Below are positions 24,470-37,380 of a DNA stretch of 54,613 bases, in pieces. Origin of the DNA: Octopus bimaculoides (lineage: Eukaryota). A program made the translations under genes and the position numbers. The notes beneath the pieces are model-generated. The model saw only the letters and a program-made list of their open reading frames with translations, had not been told where the DNA came from and ran no database searches. The DNA is taken from the NCBI RefSeq assembly GCF_001194135.2, contig NC_068986.1:59435085-59489697 (forward strand), in the 5' to 3' direction. How positions within the stretch are numbered: the first letter of the stretch is position 1; each line of letters begins with the position of its first letter.

Positions 24470-26080
24470 ATGCTACAAAGGCAAAGATGACACCATAGAC
24501 AGAAATAATTACAGAGGTATCAAATGATGAAAGTTGTGAAGAGGGTCATAGCCCAACTAATTAGGAAGAGAGTTAAGCTAGATGAGATGCAGTTTGGTTT
24601 TGTGCCTGGGAGAAACATCACTCATGCTATATTCGTTGTAAGACGATTGCAGAAGTACCTAGCAAAAATCAACCTCTGTACTTGACTTTTGTTGACATGG
24701 AGAAAGCCTTTGACTTGGTACTCCATTCCCTTATCTAGCAGTCATTGCAGAAACTATGGATAGAGGAGTAGCTGGTGAGAGCTGTACAAGTCATGTACAG
24801 TGACACTGTCAGTAAGGTGAGGGTTGGCAATGAGTATAGCGATAAATTCAGTGTACAAGTAGGAATTCTCCAAAGATCAGTCCTCAGTCCCCTCTTGTTC
24901 ATCCAGGCAATAACAGAGGAATTCAAGATGTGATGCCCCTGGGAGCTCCTCTATGCTGATGACCTTGTTATTATAGCTGAATCACTACCAGAACTGGAGA
25001 AAAAATTTCAGGTGTGGAAGCAAGGTCTGAAATCAAAGGGCCTTAGAGTTAATTTAGCAAAAACCAAAGTCTTAATTAGTAGGAAAGCAGACAAATCACA
25101 AATTCCTTCAGATAGATGGTCCTGCTTGATATGTAGAAAAGGTATAGGTAGAAAGGTGTACCCAGTGCAAGTTATGGACACATAAGAGGCTCAGCAATAT
25201 CAGAAGAATGTTAACAGGGAAGATAATCTTTGTGTGTGTCAGATGCACAGGTACAATAAACACTAGAAATACAGATGCACAGGTACAATAAACACTAGAA
25301 ATACACAGAAAATGCCAGAAGTAGTTGATAGCTTTCTTTATTTAGGTGGCCAAGTCAGCAGTGGAGGTAGATGCTCAGAGAGTGTGACTACTAGAATAAG
25401 AATAGGCTGGGCAAAATTCAGAGAACTTCTATCTTTGTTGGCAACAAAGGACCTCTCCCTCAGAGTGAAGGGCAGATGATGCTTATTTGTGAACAGCCAT
25501 GCTGCATGGCAGTGGACATATAAAACTTGAAAGAAATGAATCTAGTATGCTCCACTGGATGTGCATGTACAACAGAGTGTAAGCATCTTGAGAGAAAAAT
25601 TGGGCAAAAGAGGCATCAGATGTGGTGTGAAAGAGAGATTACTGCTCTGGTATGGTCATGTGATGTGTATAGCTAAGGACAACTGCATAAAGAAGTGTTG
25701 ATCTCTAACTGTGGAAGGAAAATGAGGAAGAGGTAGGCCCAGGAAGACATGCGACATGATCTTCAAATGTGGGGTTTCACAGAGGTGATGACACGTGACC
25801 AAGACTTTTAGCAATTTGCTGTGCTTGAGAAGACTCATCAAGCCAAGTGAATGCCAGTGACACTTAACAGCATCCATGACAGTGATACGTAAAAGCACCA
25901 GTGCTGGTGACATAAAAGGTACACACTACACTCCCTGAGTGGTTGGCATCAGGCAGGGCATCCAGCTATAGAAGCCAAACAAAAGTCAGACTGGATCCTA
26001 GTGCAGCTCTCTGTCTTGCCAGTTCAAGTTAAACAGTCTAACCCATGCCAGCGTAGAATACGGATGTTAAATGATGATGA
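24470..26080 (+). mobile_element. RTE LINE, 5'-truncated decayed copy (RT to 3' tail)
   Basis: NNYRGIK, EMQFGFVPGR, FVDMEKAFD, LLYADDLV, FLYLGGQV and WYGHV...GRGRPRKT motifs across frameshifts. The 3' UTR ends GATGTTAAATGATGATGAT. A 32-bp tandem duplication lies at 25240-25303. Confidence 0.9.
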
Positions 26081-26476
26081 TATCTATATATATATATATA
26101 TAATTGATGGGTAACAATTTTTTAGTCGATTGATATTTTTTGATAATTCATTTTATCACCTATATATTTTGTATTTTTTATATGTGCATATATACATTTT
26201 TTACCTTCGGTGTTTATATATGTATTTCTTTTATATGTTGAAGGCCATGGTATTATTTGTATATGATGAAATGTATAGAAGGATAGGGTTGTATAAAGTT
26301 GTTGGCCCGAATTTGATGTTTGTTCTCTAATCAGTGATTTCTTGTCTCTGTCTCAATTTCACTCGAGCACTTTTTTTTTGTAGTCCTATATATCATTTTT
26401 TGTTCCCATAAAAAGAAACGAAAATTATTTCTTGTCATATTCATTTGCTGTTTGAGCACTTCATATAAGCTGCATT

Positions 26477-27640
26477 ATGAATAAGCATTGTTAGGGTTTT
26501 TCAACTAAAAGTATCCCCACACCTTCAAGGAACGCATATATGGAATCACTTATCCATAAAACCACTGAGTTTATCTACAGGCTAAGATGGTGTGCTTTTT
26601 TCTTTGATTTGAAAAATAAGGGAAAGGACAATAATAATAGGAATGGAATGGAATTTCCAGATGGGAAAGACAATTATAACCTTAAAACATACAGAAATCC
26701 ATTGTTTAACCCCACTCTAATGAACTTTGAAAAAGATGTTATGAAAATGATAAAACAGTTACAGTTTTACAGATATACAAACCCCTTTCAGAAAATCCTG
26801 TTAGAGAAAATCTCTTTAATGAAATCATCTCCATATTTGCACATCCTATCTGATAAGACTGGGAATATGTATTCCGTAGTGCTGAGCCTTTATAATGACT
26901 TAATCTTGAAAGAGCTTAATTCTGAATATAAGCATGCAAACAAGAATGCTTTGGAAGATATTAATAATACTCATTTAGATATCATTTCTGGTTTGGGCCT
27001 GATGGATAGAACCCAACCTTATGCTCCCAAAACTCCTCATTGTCTTTTGAAGGACCATAAGCCTGAGTTTCTATCAAATTCTTCGATTAGATTAATCTAC
27101 CCAACCAAGTCCAATTTGGGCAGAATGAGTAAGTACATTATTGACCAGATTATTCCCATCATCAGGGATAAGGTTCAGCTTCCCCTATGGGACTCTACTG
27201 GGGATGTTATCTTATGGTTTGACTCTCTTACTGATAGACCTAATTTAGACTTTATTCAATTTGATATTTCGAATTATTACAACTCCATTTCCCCTATATT
27301 GCGTAGTTAAAGAGGAAGGTAATTTGTATAGGGTTATATAGGCAGTACTCTCAATTTTAAGGCAAGGTACAGGGCCCAAATAAATTCATTTTCGAACGAA
27401 AAATATTGTAACTCCACTACACTTGCCTCTTATGTACATGATGTAAAAAGAATAATAAAAATTAGTTTCTTGAATGATCTATAATTTCGAGGGTTCCTTA
27501 TATTAACAAGTTTATATAAGGGTGTTAATATTAATAAGTGTAAGTTGTGTATAAGGTAATCTCTTGCCATCCTCAGGTCTTTTGGGCTGAAAACATTAAA
27601 TAGATTTACAGAAGTGATCCATTATAGATTTAACAATGAA
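26477..27640 (+). mobile_element. Penelope-like element (Naiad-type) relic: RT N-terminal part joined by an internal deletion to the GIY-YIG endonuclease
   Basis: ORF 26540-27310 has IYRLRWCAFFF, LSDKTGNMY, LLKDHKPEF..IRLIYPTKSNLGRMSK and FIQFDISNYYNSI. Downstream reads YCVVKEEG..YIGSTLNFKARY..SF..STTLASYV..KCKLC..LNRFTE. Confidence 0.8.
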
Positions 27641-28014
27641 AACTAGATTATTGGCAAGCAGCAGTTCCCATGGACAGCTGGTCTGCAATCATATCCTACT
27701 ATTTTAAAAAAGGAAACACTATGAATTTAAGATGGTTCATTATGGATGCAATACTCTTGATCAATGCTAATTTGGGATGGGAGCTAAACAGCAACAACAG
27801 CTATTATTATATAGGTGTCTCTAGCACTACTGTTGGAAAGATCTTGTGTTCACAGGTAGGATGGTTTCTGTTTAATAACTGATAAAAATATATAAATAAA
27901 CACAGACAATGCAATTATGTGGGCCTGGTTTCACTTCTACTGAACAGCATATTAAATAAGTGCTTTCTGTCATAAATTTAAAATGACCTTGTCACTGATA
28001 TTTGATAGACAGAA

Positions 28015-28069
<55 letters not shown>

Positions 28070-28677
28070 GCATGATGGAGAAGAAAATCATTGCAACAAA
28101 CGAAAATATGTTGTTGCATTTAGTTGCATGTTGGAGTTATCTCATTTTACACCAAAAATGACTTACCTGTTGTTTCTTATATGATTGAAGTACAAACAGC
28201 TGTCATACTCTATAATTTGTTGAAAACTCTTGAGGCAGCGGTCAGCATGGCCTCATTTAAGAATGATAAAAATCAGTAAAAAGAATGAAAAAGTAAACAA
28301 TAAAACTATCTGGTGAAAGGAGTGTGAGGAATATTGGGTAGTGTCAGGTGAATTTTAAGTGTGACTTGCAAATATTAACCATTCTGAGAATGCCTGGTAG
28401 ACATGTCATAGTGGTGGTGGTGGTGGTGGTGGTGGTGGAGGTGGCAGTGGTGTAAGTGTGTGTGGTGGAGTGGAGAGCCTAAGTGGAAGTCTTTGATAAA
28501 TATAGGGTACCATGATTTACCATAGCAACAGCATTAGTCATGGGTGTAGCCAGACACTCTTCTAACCATTAACATAATCATTTACATAACTTAAAACGCA
28601 TGCTTCCCATATAAATACACACATTCATACCTACATACACATGTATATCTATATCTATCTATCTAGCCATATCCCTT

Positions 28678-28743
<66 letters not shown>

Positions 28744-28840
28744 AGATATATACATATGTGTATGTGTGTATATATATATATATAAGATATATACATATAT
28801 GTGTATGTGTGTATATAAATAAGTGTGTGTGTGTGTGTGC

Positions 28841-28873
<33 letters not shown>

Positions 28874-28885
28874 TACACAATGGGC

Positions 28886-29274
28886 TTCTTTCTTATTTCT
28901 TTATTGCCCACAAGGAGCTAAACATAGAGGGGACAAACAAGGACAGACAAAGGGATTAAGTCGATCACATTGACCCCAGTGCGTAACTGGTACTTAATTT
29001 ATCGACCTCGAAAGGATGAAAGGCAAAGTCGACCTCGGCGGAATTTGAACTCAGAACGTAACGGCAGATGAAATACCGCTAAGTATTTTGCCCTGCGTGT
29101 TAACGTTTCTGCCACCTCGCCGCCTTCTTTCTGTCTACCAAATACACTCACAAGGATTTGGTCAGCCCAAGGCTTTAGTAGAAGACACTTACCCAAAGTG
29201 TTACACAGTGGGACTGAACCCAGAACCATATAGTTGGGAAGCAGACTCCTTACAACACACCCATGCCTGCACCT
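28886..29274 (-). mobile_element. SINE family B (tail type 2, 28886-29126) abutting or nested in a family A head (29127-29274)
   Basis: Both match the other copies in the window. The adjacent 28640-28880 microsatellite fits the family A middle segment. Confidence 0.8.
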
Positions 29275-30383
29275 CTCTCTCTATACAAACACACACATAC
29301 ATATACATGTGTGTGTGTTTGTGTGTGTGTGCATGTGTTTGGGAAGTGATTATGTTAATGAATAGAAGAGTGTCTGGCTACACCTATGACTAATGCTGTT
29401 GCTATGGTATATCATGGTACCCTATATTCAACAGAGACTTCCACTTAGGCTCTCTACTGTACCACACACACACTTACACCACCTCTACTACTCGTTTGAT
29501 AGAAGTTTTCATAATAAACGATATGTGTGTGTGTGTGTGTGTTTTCGTTATTTTAACATCTGGTTTTCCATACTTGCATGGGTTACACGAGTTTATTGAG
29601 GCAGAATTTCTATCAGTCTCTCTATTCCATCCATTCATGCTCTCTTCTCCTTCATAATCCCACCCTTATCCCTTCCTTTCCACGTTTCAATAAACATAAA
29701 AAAAAAAATAATAATAATCAAAGTTATGCCCTTTCTGTCACCAAATCCCATCAGTTTCCAATCAAGTTAATAATTTCTCAGGGGCAAAAATGAATGACAC
29801 TTCTTGTGTAACAGTGACAACCATTTTAACTGTCACATGGTGTCAAGATAAGGAGACATGAACATACACACGCACATGCACACATATATAAATATATATA
29901 ATTTTTTTTCTCTTTTACCTTTTATTTGTTTCAGTCATTGGATGCAGCCATACTGAGGCACTGCTTTGAAGGGTCTAATTGAACAACTCAACCCCAGTAT
30001 TTTTCTTTTTAAGCCTGATACTGATTCACTTGGCCTTCTTATCCATACAACAATGCCAGCACCTATGTATGTATGTATGTGTGTATGTGTGTATGTGTGT
30101 ATGTGTGTATGTATGTATGTATGTGTGTATGTGTGTATGTATGTATGTACACATATACCCACTCATTTCTATTTACATACCAAAAGACATACACATACAC
30201 ATATATGTATACATATATGTTTCTGGACCAGGCAGTATGATGTGTTCTTCAGCAAAAGATTTCATTTTGCATTGCTGTGTGATTACTTCCACATCTGATG
30301 TATGGCACACCATGCACCTGTGCAGGTAATGTCAATTTGATAGCAGGAGTGAGCTAATGTGTAGCATAAGCTTTTGTTCACTA

Positions 30384-31702
30384 TACAACGGTTGGCTGAA
30401 AAGTTCATAGGCCAATTAAGATACTCTCATAGACTGTGACCAAATGAGGTTTATTCATCAACATAGTCCCCCTTGCAGCCCACACACTTCTTTCATCAGT
30501 GTTGCAGTGCTTGGATCCCATTGGTAAAGAAGCTTACATTCTATTGCTCAAAGAAAAAAAAGCATCAACAACAGATATGACATCATCATCACTGTGATAC
30601 TGCTTCCCAGTTAAGTGCTTTTTCATGTTGGAGAACAAATGATAGTCAGATGGGGCCAAATCAGGAGAATAAGGGTGGGGGACCAACCAGTTCAGAGCCA
30701 TTGTCAACCACAGCAGCCACTGAAACCAAGGACTTGTGTGCTGGAACATTGTCATGATGAAACAAGAGCACTTTCGTCGATTTTCCTGGGTGTTTGGTCT
30801 TCATAGCCTTTTGTAACTTCTTCAACAGGTTGGCATAATACTGTCAATTGATGATGTGGCCCTTTTGAAGATAGTCAATAAACACAATGCCTTTTGCCTC
30901 CCAAAAACCTGAGACCATCACCTTCCATGCAAATGAAACAGCCTTGGCCTTATTTGGTCAGCCCAAGGCTTTAATAGAAGACACTTACCCAAAGTGTTAC
31001 ATGGGTGTTTCCACTGCATGAATTGTCTCTTTGTCTCTGACTCAAATTGATGAACCCAACACCCATCTTAGGTTACAAAACATTCACAGAAACAACTGGA
31101 CCTGCTCAAACAATGTAAGATTATCCCATGATGTGATCAGGCTGGTGTGCTTTTGATCAAGTGTCAGAAAACATGGTACCTACCAAGCAGAATCCTTTAT
31201 CCTACCAAGTTCATTGTAAAGAATATTGTCAACTCTCTCACAGAATATGCTAATAGCATTGGCTATTTGATTTATAGTCAACTGCCTGTCATCCACCACC
31301 ATGTGGCAAGCATAATCAGTGTTTTCCTTAGTGGTGGTAGTTGCAGGATGTCCAGACATTGAATTCCCTTCCCCTCCTAAATTCAGCTGCCCACTTTTAC
31401 ACTGTTGATAAAGCTGGAAACATCATCCCCTAATGTAGCCATCCTGTCAGCATGAATGTTGTTGGGGGCTAAACCCATTTTCTGCAGGTACTTGATAACA
31501 CCACAATGCCAAATTTTGTCCATTTTCAAGAGAAGTCACTAGCAGTTACTTTTGAAGTATTCTTTGAACAGTCAGATGTCAGTTTACCTACAAAGAAACA
31601 GTGCAATTATTAAGACAAAATGAAATTAATGCATACAAGATTTCACAGCTTTAGCATCACTCCTTCATAGTCAGCCTTTGAACTTCTCAGCCCACCCTCA
31701 TA
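30384..31702 (-). mobile_element. Near full-length mariner (DD34D-type) relic interrupted by a SINE fragment at ~30955-31005
   Basis: TA-flanked TIRs TACAACGGTTGGCTGAAAAGTTCATAGGC / GCCTTTGAACTTCTCAGCCCACCCTCATA. ATG at 31523 begins MDKIWHCGVIKYLQKMGLAP. The catalytic region reads HPYSPDLAPSDYHLFSNMKKHL. Confidence 0.9.
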
Positions 31703-31919
31703 AACAAAATTATCTGTACTGGTTGTTTAGCAAAACATTGTAAAACCATCTTTCTCAGACTCAAGAGACCACTGTAAATTTTCCAGGAGGTGACAAATTA
31801 AAAAAGAAATGTCAAGCCACTTAGAATAAAGCACTCAAAGATAACTCAGAAAATGAATAAAGTAATAATTATTTGTTAGTTCAGCAAAAAAATATACAAA
31901 TGTGTACATGTATATATGC

Positions 31920-31964
<45 letters not shown>

Positions 31965-31984
31965 TATATATATATATTATTAAA

Positions 31985-32175
31985 TACGTATATCATCATT
32001 ATTTAACATCCCTTTTTCTATTCTGGCATGGATTGGATGGTTTGAAAAGAATAGACAAAGCAGAGAGCTTTGCCAAGCTCTATATTTGTTTTGGTGCTCT
32101 TCTTAATACCAACCACTTAACAGAGTATACTGGGTGCTTTTTTTGTTTACATGGCACCAGCACCTGCAAGATAAG
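31985..32175 (-). mobile_element. RTE LINE 3' tail fragment
   Basis: CATCATTATTTAACATCC...GGCATGGATTGGATGGTTTG...CCAACCACTT.ACAGAGT matches the reverse complement of the RTE 3' UTR. Confidence 0.7.
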
Positions 32176-32339
32176 ACCCCCTCAACTGAACAAGCTATTA
32201 ACTGGAGGAATAAGAAACTATAATAGAAGGAGAAGAACAAATGTCTTGCTAAAGAGGTGACTACATAGCTTGTCCACCTGGAAAGTGCAAGAGAAAAAAG
32301 GTATAGCATATAAATATATTTATGGGAGAAAATATATAG

Positions 32340-33610
32340 TGGACAAAAAATTCCTGTTTTTTTGCAAGAATTTTTACAGTATAAAAAATTATGTTCTACA
32401 GCAGCTGGTGTCACTTGGCATTGTATAAAATCTGCATAATCTGCAAGTGAAAATTTAAAGTTCATTAGTTGAATTATCAAATTGATTTGGTTTTTATTGA
32501 ATCTAAAATCAATGTAATTCATGATGCAACATGGGTATTTGTTGAATTTCTCCTTTGAGGTTTTTATAAGCATCGTAGATAGTGTAGACTGTTGACTCAG
32601 TTTTCAAAATCAGCTCTTTCAACTGAAGATAGTTTAAACAGATTTGGGTGAGATTAGTCCTGATCTCAGGATTTCACACAGCTTCTTTCACTCTCTGCAT
32701 CAAAATGCTTTTGTCCTCAAAACTCTCAACAATTTTTGTAACTTCTGCAAGATTCTTCACATAGTAATTTCAGGCATCCAACCAGCTACCCCACCTGGTC
32801 ACAATTGGCTGGGGGGATATCTGATTCTTTCTAATTGCTCTTGATGATGTTTGTTTATTTATAGTAGCAGCCTTGACAGTGGTAATCAAACAATTGAGTG
32901 CAGGATAGAAAGCCTTTATTTTTGGAGTACAGTTGTGCAGTAGGTGGAAAAAGCAGGTTACATGGAAGAGCCTAGGGTACATAACTTGCAATGTTTCTCC
33001 AGCAGCTACCATATACCGAACAGCATCAGACAATAGTAAATTTTCTTTTGGAATTGCCATACTTCTTAGTGAATCATTGATGATCTGAGCAGTTACTGCA
33101 GCAGTTAGAGGTAGTTTGAGTGGCAAACATTTTATTAAGAACGTTTTTGAAGATTTTTAACTGAAAACTAACAATTTTTATGTCTTTGATCTCACTTTCA
33201 TCAACAATTAGAAAAAAGATTTTGATCAGCCAAGCTGCCCTTGCAATTTTCAGCTGCATTTGCACTAAGCATATTTTAAGCATGTAGATTGAGATGGTAG
33301 TGGCTTATTGATAGAATCAAAGAGACTTCTCACACTTTGGACATCATTGCACCCCAAGATTTACCATTTTCAGTAAATTCAAATGATTTGATAGGTAGCT
33401 GTTCAATTTTAGTAGTCTTTTTAAGATAGTTTTGATATTCAACAAAATGCTTTTTATTGCAATTGACATCAACAAGGCACAGTCTGCAATGCAACTGTTT
33501 TTTGTGGGTTAATACAAATTCATTTGAGAATTTTTCTGTAAATTTAAGGGCTTTTGTCTTCTGATTTGTTTTTGGCTTTGGCTTCTGAGTTAAGAATAAG
33601 GAAATCATAA
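32340..33610 (-). mobile_element. hAT-like transposase relic of the CGGBP1/DUF659-related type
   Basis: Collinear fragments: N-terminal HCRLC..VNCNKKHFVE zinc finger, LLSDAVRYMVAAG..YPRLFHVTCFFHLLHNC, PQPIVTRWGSWL, and C-terminal PAAVEHNF (dimerisation-motif-like). Confidence 0.7.
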
Positions 33611-34880
33611 TAATCTAAATTAAAATTACTTGAAACAAGAAAAAAAAAAACAACAGTTCAATAAGGCAATAACAAAAGAACTCTAAGATCAACTTTAAAA
33701 ATATCCAGCAATGCAACAGTGAAAGGAAATGATCCAATTCAATTAACCTTAGATAAAAATTGACATAAGAGTTAGCAACAAGTTTAAATGATACATGAAA
33801 AATATATATTGGAATATTGAGAAACAGCTAGCATACTGTACATTTATGTATAGTTAAAAAGAATAGTCAGGAAAAGTACTTACTTTTGATGGTAAATTTA
33901 AAATTCCTAAATGACAGGTGCAAAGAATTAAAGCTATAAGTAAATACACTTACAATTGGATGATAGATAAATCTATTCTTAAAGAGGATTGTTTCATGAA
34001 CTGGAAAGAAGATGCAAATAATCAGTATTAAAGGTTGGTATCAATCACCAATAACTAATATTGGTAAAAGTACCTTGAAGTTTGGAAATTTGCCTTATAG
34101 AAAAGCTTTACAAACATGGTAAACTTTTGCTTATGTTCAAATTACTGGACACCACACATGGTCTCAAATAATTGTCAGTGTTGAAGAGTAGGACAAGCCA
34201 GAGGAAGTGTTAAAAATAGCTCTAAAGTGTTAGTCAAATGCAACAACTCTACTAGCAGAAATATATTAACGTGGAGTAGATGAAACAAGGACAACTGATG
34301 AAGGGGTATATTCTTTATGTTGCATGTCGCGTTTCTCTGTTTGTTTTTCCGTTGTTCAAAAATGTTCATTTTCTATGTTTTTGTTTTTATATTTTCGTTT
34401 CTCATTGTGTTTAACATTTTTTTTGATGTCCTGTACCCATATATGCATGTATGTATACATATAGATGTAGGTATGTACATATATGTATGGATATATGCAC
34501 ATATTTATATATTATCTATATTATTATATAAAATATATATATATAAAATTTATTAAAGAATTATTTTTTCAATATCTAATCAAAAAAGTTTTCTTTTTAG
34601 TGAAATTTCATTTTTTAACCTTATTTTAACTTTATTGCATGATTTCAACTTTATTAACTTTAAAAAGTGATTAATTGCAATGATTAATCATGAAACAAAA
34701 TTTCTTTTTACCTTTGGTTTTAACCTTGAAATAAATATATTTATGAATTTTAATGTTTTGGCAAAAAATTGCCTTACTTAGAAAACATTCTAATAATATG
34801 TGATTTATAATTGTCCAATGCTAAATGAGGACTCAGAATATTTAAATTTTAATCAAGTAAAATAGCAGCCACTGTAAAAA

Positions 34881-34955
34881 AAGAGTCAACATATACAAGA
34901 GTCAACATATACAAGAGTCAACATATACAAGAGTCAACATATACAAGAGTCAACA
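34881..34955. repeat. Perfect 16-bp minisatellite (AAGAGTCAACATATAC) x4.7
   Basis: Directly visible, no mismatches. Confidence 0.97.
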
Positions 34956-34974
34956 ACTTAACAACACAAACTAC

Positions 34975-35775
34975 TATTGTTTGCTAAGGCTAAAATTCCT
35001 TTCACATTGATGAAACAAATCAGTATCGACCTTAACATTGGACTTCACCTGATGTGCTTTTTTGGGGTGTGGTAACAGTGAATGGTTCCATTGACTTGAT
35101 TGCTGTTTCATTTCCAGGTTGTAGCCATAACACCATCTTTCGTCACCAGTGATGACCTTTGAATAAAGGTCCGGATCAACGTCCAACTTTCAGTTCATGA
35201 CACGCATTCAGTTGTAACTGCTTTTGATCTTCTGAGGCACAAATTTTGCTGAGACTCTTTTCATTTGCCATTCCTTGCTCAAAATTCGTTGGCAGGAGCT
35301 CCAGGACATACCAGTAATATCAACAAGTTCGTCAATTGTTTGGCGACAGTCCTCCAAGATCAGTTCATGAATTTTCGTAATGCTTTCATTTGTTTGGGGA
35401 CAGTGGCTCTCAACAAGGTTGGTCTTCAAGTGACAAGTGACCACTCCTAAAGCATGAAAAACACTTGTAAACTTGTGTTTTGTTCAGAGCAATCTCCCTG
35501 TAAGCTGTTTGAAGCATGACAACTATTTCAGCCACTGTTTTCCCCAGCAGAAAACAGAATTTTATGGAGCATGCTGTTCCTTCATTTCAGCCATGGCAAA
35601 AATCGACAAACAGGGGAGAAGCACTGCAAAACAAAGGTGCACCATGTGACAGTACAACATCATTCAATGTTACTGGTCATCAGACTGATGCCTGAGGGTT
35701 GCATCAAGTGGTTGAAGCCTGAACTACAATGGGCTTGTCCCACAGAATGTTTCTGGTTACTTTTGGGTACCCCCT

Positions 35776-35777
<2 letters not shown>
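34975..35777 (-). mobile_element. Mariner relic, 5' two-thirds
   Basis: TIR TAAGGGGGTACCCAAAAGTAACC at 35777. ATG at 35594 begins MAEMKEQH..IKFCFLLGKT. Also MKRVSAKFVP and VITGDERWCYGY. Confidence 0.85.
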
Positions 35778-35837
<60 letters not shown>

Positions 35838-36152
35838 CAGAGATAAGTAGATGGATAGGTAGGTAGATAGGTAGGTGGTTAGGTTCATTGGTAGGTATGT
35901 AGGTAAGTAATTTGGCAAGTACGTAAATAGGCAGGTGTGTGTGCATATTCATGAGTATGTGTATACATACAGAAAGAGGGAAAGAGACACGCACACATAT
36001 AAACATTTATATCTTTATGTATAGAGCTCACTCCTATTCACCTACTTGGGTATGTTACTTTGGAGATATGCTTTATCTAACCTGTTGTTTCTTGAGGTCT
36101 CGAGGTGAGACTTGGAGTCAACTTGTACACATACAAAGTGAAAGTCAACATA

Positions 36153-36159
36153 TAATAAT

Positions 36160-36225
<66 letters not shown>
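36153..36225. repeat. (AAT)n microsatellite
   Basis: Directly visible. Confidence 0.97.
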
Positions 36226-36226
<1 letters not shown>

Positions 36227-37004
36227 GAAAGCCACTGAAGACATATGTGGAACAAAATCCTGGGCTTGGTTAAAAAATGGGCAATTAAAAAAAGAAACAG
36301 AGAGCCTAATTATAGCAGCCTAAGATCAAACAATAAAAACAAACAGCTTGAGAAAAAATATATATGGAGAGAATGTGTCAGAAAAATGTAGAGCCTGTGG
36401 AACTTGGAATAAGACAGTGGCACACATTGTGTCAGAATGCCCCAAGTTGGCACAGGAAGAATACAAGAAATGGTAACATGAACAGGTTGTAAAAGTTTTA
36501 CACTGGAAACATATGGTACAATCACTGAGTTGAAAGAGTACTGGAGTCAGAGAATTGTAAGATTTTGTAGGACTTTCCTAATCAAATGGACAAGAAGTTA
36601 GAAAATAATAGATAAGACATAATAATAGATAAGGAAGAATGATGACCTCCCCATGCCTGTTTGATTCCAGGATCGAAAAGCAAAGCAAATACAATCTTTT
36701 AAAATAGGAAGAATTTGAGCATGCCAACAGTAAAGGTCATGCCTATGATTATTGGTGCATTGGGGGCAGTAAACAAAGGTATAGACAAATGTCTGAAGGA
36801 GATTGGAATAGAATACCTGGTAGAGCTTCCACAGACAGTTTGTCTCTTAGGGACAGCAAGGATTATCAGGAAGGTTCTAAGAACTTGAAAGACAGCTGAA
36901 AACTTGTGGATACCTAAGGTTACAAGTAGTAAACCATTACCCACATAAATCCTACCAGGAATAGCACCAAACCTGAGCCAAACCAAAATAATAATAATTA
37001 TAAT
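36226..37004 (+). mobile_element. R4/Dong-type (RLE-bearing) non-LTR retrotransposon, 5'-truncated 3' fragment
   Basis: WLKNGQLKKETESLIIAA, CCHC knuckle CRACG..TVAHIVSEC, KIL*DF..NR*DIII (PD-like), IIGALG..LLGTARIIRKVL* (stop at 36886-36888), then an (AAT)n tail. Confidence 0.8.
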
Positions 37005-37020
37005 CGAAATTATTTATAAT

Positions 37021-37377
37021 TAAAATGAAAACAACTACAGAAACACAGAAATTCAAAATATAAACAAGGAAATCCTGCATTCCTACTTTGATAGAAATGA
37101 CATCATCAGTTTACAATTTTGTGACTGATAAAAGGGAAAAGAAAGAAAAAAGAAAAAATAATATTTAGTCAAACAGTTTTGTGAAAATGTGGTGAAATTC
37201 CAGGTGAATTTCATCACATTTACACAAAACTGTTCAACTAAATTTTTTTTTTCTTTCCTTCTTTTTTTACCATTTACAAAATTGAAAACTGATGATGTCA
37301 TTTCTATCAAAATAGGAATGCAGGATTTCCTCATTTATATTTTGTATTTCTGAGTTTCTGCAGTTGTTTTTATTTTA
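37021..37377. repeat. ~355 bp imperfect palindrome (arms ~175 bp, 5-nt loop CAGGT at 37201-37205)
   Basis: Left arm TTTAGTCAAACAGTTTTGTGAAAATGTGGTGAAATTC pairs with right arm GAATTTCATCACATTTACACAAAACTGTTCAACTAAA. Pairing continues to TAAAATGAAAACAAC / GTTGTTTTTATTTTA. Confidence 0.92.
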
Positions 37378-37380
37378 CAT

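Noticed and set aside
28641-28973. ORFs rich in C/V/Y/I/T/H here and at ~19880-20260, 23205-23447, 29935-30329, 35939-36238 and 43400-44870
   Set aside because: Translations of dinucleotide or trinucleotide microsatellites, which lack stop codons.
34293-34340. CTGATGAAGGGG, a possible second hammerhead core
   Set aside because: No stem II closure followed by GAAA. It is part of an unclassified repeat at ~34240-34500.
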